Shown here piece by piece: positions 58,163-64,000 of a stretch of 64,000 nucleotides of DNA (within the stretch, counting starts at the first letter, position 1; the number at the start of each line of letters is the position of its first letter). Location of the stretch: contig JAHQJS010000004.1 of the NCBI GenBank assembly GCA_019057385.1, forward strand, positions 1,201,068 through 1,265,067. Reading direction: 5' to 3'. The stretch comes from Candidatus Borrarchaeum weybense (GTDB lineage Archaea > Asgardarchaeota > Sifarchaeia > Borrarchaeales > Borrarchaeaceae). The translations under genes and the position numbers were made by a program. The notes under the pieces were generated by a model. The model ran no database searches. It was not told where the DNA came from and worked only from the letters and a program-made list of their open reading frames with translations.

Positions 58163-58966
58163 TTAAAAGAAATAATTCTCTTCTGTTCCCAGCATATATT
58201 CGAGGGTTGAATGGTAGACGTCAACAAACTGATCAAAAGCATCTATATTCGGATCCAGAACTGGATTGAGTTCAACTATGACATAATGAGATAAATTGTT
58301 CTTTTCAAATGTTATTAACTTCTTTTGTGCAACATCCAAAATTAGGCGTCCTTCAGGAACTCTAAGTTCTCCTGACTTAATTGCGTCCACGAAAAGGCGA
58401 TATTTGTCACTGTGGAGACCTCCCAGACAAACTTTAGCGTTCTTAACTCCTGAAGTCGTCTTCACGGTAAACGTTTTTTTCACCAAATTCCCCAATAATC
58501 TCTTAGGGATTAAGTGATTGTTTTGTACCTTTGTTAAGACTTCGTCTGCCATTTTTTGGCCTCTTGCTAATTCTATGACTCGAATTTCCTTTGTGATCTT
58601 CTCCTCATCAGCTTTTGCAGTAGGATCAATAACATCAGGGCTTATAATATCAACAAGCGGGGTTGGTTTGTCTGGCCTAAGTTCAGTGCTATCAAAAATC
58701 ACTCCGGAAATTGTCTTAACCTCTGGAATTGGTCGACCACCTACGGACATATTTCCATACATTACTGCAGGTCCTATAAGACAAGACCGAACTAATGTTT
58801 CTCCAGTCTCTTCATTGGTAGATATAAGGTTCCATACTTGTTTCGATGTAGCTAGGATATATCCTTCAAGTTGAAAGGATCCCATTTGACTCTCATAATC
58901 TGGAATATAAAGTTCAAGTATCCAGAAAAGAGTTGGAAATTCGAGGACATCTTGAATTTCAAACAC
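58163..58966 (-). CDS. Hypothetical protein
   Basis: 267-aa ORF; frame stays open about 20 codons upstream without a canonical start. Confidence 0.65.
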   Translation of the reverse strand: MFEIQDVLEFPTLFWILELYIPDYESQMGSFQLEGYILATSKQVWNLISTNEETGETLVRSCLIGPAVMYGNMSVGGRPIPEVKTISGVIFDSTELRPDKPTPLVDIISPDVIDPTAKADEEKITKEIRVIELARGQKMADEVLTKVQNNHLIPKRLLGNLVKKTFTVKTTSGVKNAKVCLGGLHSDKYRLFVDAIKSGELRVPEGRLILDVAQKKLITFEKNNLSHYVIVELNPVLDPNIDAFDQFVDVYHSTLEYMLGTEENYFF

Positions 58967-59288
58967 ACCCCAGTAGCGCTCTAAATTGACGATAATTTCA
59001 GAAACTTTCTTTAAAATACATATAATTTGCTATCTGTATAACAATATTATACATTTGGAAAGTTTATCTCTCATATTTTTTTTATGAAATCATGAATTTA
59101 AAGTTTCTCAGAGATTTATACACAATTCTATTTCTATATGATATTGAGGTCTTCTATCTTTATTTTGTACATGGATACAGAAACGAAAAAATTAAAGGAC
59201 ATTAGATCAATATATGAACAATGCGCAAAGATATCTTCCTCTAATAAGGGGAAATAAAAAATAGGGGTAAGTAGTTAAAGATAGTCTT

Positions 59289-60605
59289 CTATTTTTGTCT
59301 TTTCTTACGCAGAATCATCGTTACTAGCGTAATAAGGGGGATAAGTCCAAGAAGCAAAGTTCCAAAACAGAATCCTGTACCGCCATCTCCAGCATCTCCA
59401 GTACCACCGCCTTCACCAGGGGACGTATCAATTGAAGATTCACCGCTTACTATTTCAGCATTTGACCAGTCGTACGCAAAAACATCGACGAAAAATCCTG
59501 CTACGCTTGTGTCAAAAATAATGACGCCTGCCTCTCTATTTTCATTCGCCGCTTCGTAGGACCAATTGATGCTTGAGATCAAAACAATTGAGTTATCTAC
59601 GATAACGCCTTTGTTGTGACAATATTCAAAAACACTGCTAGAATATGCCACTTCGATTCCTTCAGATGCCATATAACTTGCCGAATCTGCCGCACCAGAT
59701 GGTTGTTTATCAATGATTACTTTAACGGTGACGCCACGATCCACAGCAGCTTCGAGTTCATCCAAAAACTCATCTGAGCTGCCATCCCATTCAGTTTTAA
59801 TATAAGCTTGTTGGACATAAATAGTGTCTGTGGCGGACTGCAAAAGCGATTTTATCGCAGAGACATCGTTATCTGGTGAAACGATAGTTTGAATGGTCAT
59901 GCTTCCTGTATATTTCTTTGAACTGAAAGACTTTGAATAACTGCCAGAAGACACACTTTCTGAAAAGGTTTTTTCATGATCAGCATCTTCAAAGTATGGT
60001 GTAGCTATACCCATATCGTTGTTAAAAACTTGTAGAAAGTAGTTGACGACATCACTGTTTTTGATCATCACTCCCCATTCGCGATTACCGTAACTGGGAT
60101 CTTTTGGAACGCTCGTCTTCGCCCAATTCGCACTCTGGACTAGTACAACTTCTTGATCTATGATAATGTACTTCGCATGAGTGAAGTCATACGTATTTGA
60201 AGACTCAAACAAATTTACGTTTGTAGCACCTGCGTCATCTGCCGCTTGTGATAGATAATAGAGTGCGCCTCTTGTATTTGAGGTTTCAAATCCTGATGCA
60301 TGACGGTATGAAACGATCACGTTAATTATAATGGAGGGATTTTCGTTCATTTTATCGACTAGAGCGTTTAGGAGGAATGTATTAGAAATGGCATAAATGC
60401 ATAGGTCAATTTCTTCGTCTGCGCTATCCAACGCATCTATCGTTACGCCGTAAATTGAATCCGGGGATGTATAGCATGTTACCTCCATATTACCAGAATG
60501 CTTTGTGGCAGAAAAGTTAGAAGCTGTAGCTAATTGTGTGAAAATAACTCCAGTGAATAGTAGCGTTAGTGTTAGTGTTGTTACAAATAGATATTTCCTT
60601 CGCAT
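59289..60605 (-). CDS. Secreted, C-terminally anchored phospholipase D family protein
   Basis: Signal peptide, HAKYIIID and HNKGVIVD HKD motifs, Gly linker, TM helix and basic tail. Confidence 0.9.
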   Translation of the reverse strand: MRRKYLFVTTLTLTLLFTGVIFTQLATASNFSATKHSGNMEVTCYTSPDSIYGVTIDALDSADEEIDLCIYAISNTFLLNALVDKMNENPSIIINVIVSYRHASGFETSNTRGALYYLSQAADDAGATNVNLFESSNTYDFTHAKYIIIDQEVVLVQSANWAKTSVPKDPSYGNREWGVMIKNSDVVNYFLQVFNNDMGIATPYFEDADHEKTFSESVSSGSYSKSFSSKKYTGSMTIQTIVSPDNDVSAIKSLLQSATDTIYVQQAYIKTEWDGSSDEFLDELEAAVDRGVTVKVIIDKQPSGAADSASYMASEGIEVAYSSSVFEYCHNKGVIVDNSIVLISSINWSYEAANENREAGVIIFDTSVAGFFVDVFAYDWSNAEIVSGESSIDTSPGEGGGTGDAGDGGTGFCFGTLLLGLIPLITLVTMILRKKRQK

Positions 60606-60895
60606 TAATTTTCACCTTTTTTAAGACTTAAATATTATGTATGAGCTGTGAATATTTAAGTCTGTATCAATTGTTCTGAACGAATTTGCTATAAAAGACT
60701 GATGGAGGCAGAAATGTTAAGGCTAGAATGATAAATGGGTTAGCTAATAATTATCTGATCTTTCAAACGACGCACCTTAAATCAGATAAACGACTGGATT
60801 ATCATTTTCAATTAATTAAAGAAGATAAAGTATTGATCTATTGTTATTGTAATCTAATGCGTGCCTCAAAGGGTTCGCAGTTTTGAAAATGACTC

Positions 60896-61735
60896 TTATG
60901 CAAAATACCGTAGCACAAGAAGGCCTGCCAAAAGAATATACAAACCTGCAATAAAATATCGCAAGTTCGTAGCAGAGACTCTGTGAGAGAATCGTGCGCC
61001 CATTTGTGCACCTATCACTAAACTCGGTGCGATAAACACAAGATATACATAATTTACATGCCCCAGTGACGCATGAGTAAGAAACGCCGCGAAGGCGGTT
61101 ATAGTAACCATAAGGCTTGAGGTTCCCGTGGCTAAATTCACAGGAAGTCCACCAGCAATTAATACAGGGACTTTCAAAACACCGCCTGAAATGCCGAAAA
61201 ACCCAGCAGCGAAACCGGCTAAAAAACTTGCGGGGAGTACGAGAGCTAAATTTACAATATATTCAACATTCTTATCATCGCTATTTATTAGAGTTCTTCT
61301 GACGTAAAAAAAACGGTGGTGTCCAGCCGTAATATGTTGTCCCGCGTCACTATTGATTTCGATTTCACAAGAGCTGTTGGCTTTCAAAACAATGACTGAA
61401 TTGATAAGCAGGAGGAGTGCGAAAAGAATTTCCAAAAAGACCGTCGATATAAGAGTTGTTGTATACGCACCAAGAATTGCGCCTGGAACAGTTACTGATT
61501 CTAAAAGCAGCCCAAGTTTCCAGTCGACCCTCCTCTGTCTAAAATATTCAATAAAAGATGAAATTCCTGTGAACATTACTGCGCTGATACTAATTCCTAC
61601 GGCTTGACGTGCATCAAAACCAAGAAATAGCAGAGTAGGCACCAATAAGATACCTCCACCAATACCAAGCATAGCTGAAATGAAGCCGATTATTAGAGTG
61701 GTTATAACTAATAGCACATAGATAAGTAATCCCAT
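60896..61735 (-). CDS. TauE/SafE (TSUP) family exporter
   Basis: GIGGGILLVP and GISGGVLKVP repeats. Confidence 0.9.
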   Translation of the reverse strand: MGLLIYVLLVITTLIIGFISAMLGIGGGILLVPTLLFLGFDARQAVGISISAVMFTGISSFIEYFRQRRVDWKLGLLLESVTVPGAILGAYTTTLISTVFLEILFALLLLINSVIVLKANSSCEIEINSDAGQHITAGHHRFFYVRRTLINSDDKNVEYIVNLALVLPASFLAGFAAGFFGISGGVLKVPVLIAGGLPVNLATGTSSLMVTITAFAAFLTHASLGHVNYVYLVFIAPSLVIGAQMGARFSHRVSATNLRYFIAGLYILLAGLLVLRYFA

Positions 61736-61812
61736 AATTTATCCCAGATTTTAATCAATACGCTGTAAGTCATAATAATAGTTTTTATAGTTGTGGTATC
61801 TATATGGATTAC

Positions 61813-61901
61813 AATGCGAGGAATACCTCGCATTATGCGGAGAACACGTTCTTGTGCATGAGACCGAACCTGGGAGGTCCCACGCTTTCGACGATGGGGA
61901 C
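61813..61901. other. GC-rich multi-hairpin element between divergent genes
   Basis: AATGCGAGG-AATA-CCTCGCATT; ATGCGGAGAAC/GTTCTTGTGCAT; GACC/GGTC competing with GTCCCA/TGGGGAC. Confidence 0.6.
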
Positions 61902-61935
61902 GGATGACAGGCAAAAGGAAGAAAAAGGTGAAAAA

Positions 61936-62412
61936 ATGAAAGAATTAAAATACGAATTTTCAACGCAAGAAGAAATTAACAAGGGTTTAAATTGTCTAAA
62001 GGACGTAACTGAAGTTACATCTGAAGAAATGGAGGAAACTGGTAGCCTCAAAATTAAATCTTCAGATAGATCGCTAATAATGATAGTTCATTCTATATTT
62101 TCTAAAGAGCAAGAACTTACAATAGAAGTATATGCCACTACTACGACTGAAGATGCAGAGAATGTAGTGAAGGAGTGTTTTGGAACACCAAAGTCAGAAA
62201 GAAAACTAGCACCCTCAATATTGGAAGTGTCAAAAATCATTATCCAGTCTACTAGACAAAACCTAGATCTGTTGTCTGAAGATGTATGTGATATATTTGG
62301 ACTGAAGGCAAAGCATTTTGAAAAATATAAAAAGATGATTATTCAGTCTGCCTCGATGCCTGGAGCGCTACCTGAGGTAAAACAGGCCGCAGATAAAATA
62401 GAATCCTTATAA
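61936..62412 (+). CDS. Hypothetical protein
   Basis: SD AGGTGA precedes ATG 61936 (MKELKYEF...). Confidence 0.7.
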   Translation: MKELKYEFSTQEEINKGLNCLKDVTEVTSEEMEETGSLKIKSSDRSLIMIVHSIFSKEQELTIEVYATTTTEDAENVVKECFGTPKSERKLAPSILEVSKIIIQSTRQNLDLLSEDVCDIFGLKAKHFEKYKKMIIQSASMPGALPEVKQAADKIESL

Positions 62413-62465
62413 ATACCTCAAAAACTATCATATTCAACAAATTGCAAATACTTGGAGTTGAATTA

Positions 62466-62813
62466 ATGACGGAAAGGGAAAATAGTCTCGTTGTAGTTTG
62501 GAGTAGCGGAGATCGCGAAGTTGCACTTAAAATGGTCTTCATGTACACTTTGAATTCAAAATTGAAAGATTGGTGGGAAGATGTTCGCTTTATTGTTTGG
62601 GGTCCATCAGCAAAGTTATTGAGTGTTGATGTCGAACTACAAGAATACTTACAAAAAATGAGAGATGCTGGAGTGATATTAGAAGCATGCAAAAAGTGTT
62701 CAGACCTTTTTGGAGTTTCAGCAAAACTCGAAGACCTAGGCATCGATGTAAAATATATGGGAGTACCGTTAACGACATATTTGAAGGAAGGTCGACACAT
62801 AATCACTTTTTAA
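62466..62813 (+). CDS. DsrE family protein
   Basis: WWEDVRFIVWGPS...EACKKCS...YMGVPLT. Confidence 0.85.
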   Translation: MTERENSLVVVWSSGDREVALKMVFMYTLNSKLKDWWEDVRFIVWGPSAKLLSVDVELQEYLQKMRDAGVILEACKKCSDLFGVSAKLEDLGIDVKYMGVPLTTYLKEGRHIITF

Positions 62814-62904
62814 TTAATCTATCATTCTTAAAGAGTTAGAACTCAAATAGAATGTTGCTCAATAGAGTAAAGTAGAATCATCTTTCATCAAAGGTATTTA
62901 TTCT

Positions 62905-63885
62905 TTAATATTGTATGTATCGAGTTCTGAAGTTTGTAGCTTTACGTCTGACGAGCAGTCGTTTATTTTTAAAGACGAATGTATCTAAATCTCTTACAAC
63001 TAGAATTGTCCTCACATGATTTTTCAATTCTAGAATAGCCTTTGTGGATTCTTTTGTTTGAAAGGGTATTGATTCTAAAGTGAGTCTCTCAGCAGCCTGT
63101 TTTAATATCGCTTCTTCAGTCGTTTCAATGTCTTTAGGAGTCTTTTTAAATAATGATCTGTGACCAAATCGCATATCGGCAATATGTGTCAATGCAAGAT
63201 GGTTTGAATTGCTTCTTAGAGCATCAATCACAGCAGTAGATGGTGTAGAATGCATACTCTTTTGCGCCCATCGTTTATTTTTGTTAGGAAAGGTACTTTC
63301 ATGAAAGAAAATACACGAGTTTTGTCCTAATTTCTGAATCGAAGGAAAACCCGCAATGGTATCTACTGGGAATGTGATTTTTAAATTAGGATTTTTGAAG
63401 GCGTAACAAAGAGTAGGTGTTCTATGTGCTGCTCTACATGCCCAAACTTCGGTATTTTGAATTTCATCTATTTTCTTAATTTCATCTGATTGAAAAAATA
63501 GTTGGTTTTTTTCATCGTCACTTAGAAATTCTATAAACCGTGGAATCCTTCCTAAAAAACAAGCTCTGATAAAAAGTCTTAAGAAACGTTCTTTCTCAGG
63601 CGGATAAAACAATTTCACCTTTGGATTATCAGAAGCTTTTTTAATCTTACGAAGAACCCAACCAAAATATACGGGGTTGAGGTGATCTAAATGTGTATGA
63701 GTGATATAGATGCGGCGGATTTTTGAAAAATCGTCTTTTCTAAGAGAAAGTAAGTTTTTGGATCCACAATCAATTAATGCAATAGATTGATCGTCATCAG
63801 AATATAGTCTTACGACCATTGCGCTTTTTGCTCTATATTGAAGTATGTTCGCTGAACCGCTTCCCATCACCTGCACTGAAAGCAT
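62905..63885 (-). CDS. RNase Z-like metallo-beta-lactamase fold hydrolase
   Basis: LIDCG, THTHLDH, HESTF, HST, LTH. Confidence 0.78.
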   Translation of the reverse strand: MLSVQVMGSGSANILQYRAKSAMVVRLYSDDDQSIALIDCGSKNLLSLRKDDFSKIRRIYITHTHLDHLNPVYFGWVLRKIKKASDNPKVKLFYPPEKERFLRLFIRACFLGRIPRFIEFLSDDEKNQLFFQSDEIKKIDEIQNTEVWACRAAHRTPTLCYAFKNPNLKITFPVDTIAGFPSIQKLGQNSCIFFHESTFPNKNKRWAQKSMHSTPSTAVIDALRSNSNHLALTHIADMRFGHRSLFKKTPKDIETTEEAILKQAAERLTLESIPFQTKESTKAILELKNHVRTILVVRDLDTFVFKNKRLLVRRKATNFRTRYIQY

Positions 63886-64000
63886 TAGAACGCCTCGTGA
63901 AATATTTTAGATTAACTATAAGCTATTTGCCTGATTATTCCAAGATTTCATAGGGACTTCTTGTTGGCCAATCAGGTACCAACCGTTCCTTTCATTATAG

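Overview
AT-rich archaeal chromosome segment, inferred to be Asgard-like from archaeal TFBs, TATA and GGAGGTGA signals, and a Sec-type selD with an AUGA/GA SECIS-like 3' hairpin. Housekeeping and stress content: 2-oxoacid/acetoin dehydrogenase E1 alpha/beta, MrfA/Hrq1-like helicase, 6xPAS-GAF histidine kinase, XerA-like recombinase, MazG-like protein, MscS, CBS-HPF protein, two USPs, tandem TFBs, a trehalose cluster (GH15, TPS/TPP fusion, two TreT, GT4, two MFS), Nnr, two Zn-ADHs, tandem M28 peptidases, UvrC, Acr3/ArsR, PLD, TauE, DsrE and an RNase Z-like hydrolase. Signals the ORF track misses: (1) Four OMEGA-type insertions with hand-reconstructable junctions. Three have no intact protein gene (two TnpB-type omegaRNA cassettes with internal TATA boxes, one IscB/HEARO-type) and sit on a start codon, a TATA box and an ATGA coupling site; two carry guides that partly match the neighbouring gene's own expression signal. 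The fourth is an IS607-like tnpB that splits a DUF6125-like gene. (2) A minimal DUF6884 + DpdA-like transglycosylase + wHTH + QueT module. (3) selD extends through an in-frame TGA and has a hybrid SECIS-like element. (4) Similar long 5' hairpins precede both tfb paralogs. (5) A structured GC-rich leader hides a TGA-containing uORF between tauE and a dsrE operon. (6) Several hints of non-canonical start codons. No tRNA, rRNA or CRISPR array was seen. All family calls are from motif recognition by eye, not database searches.
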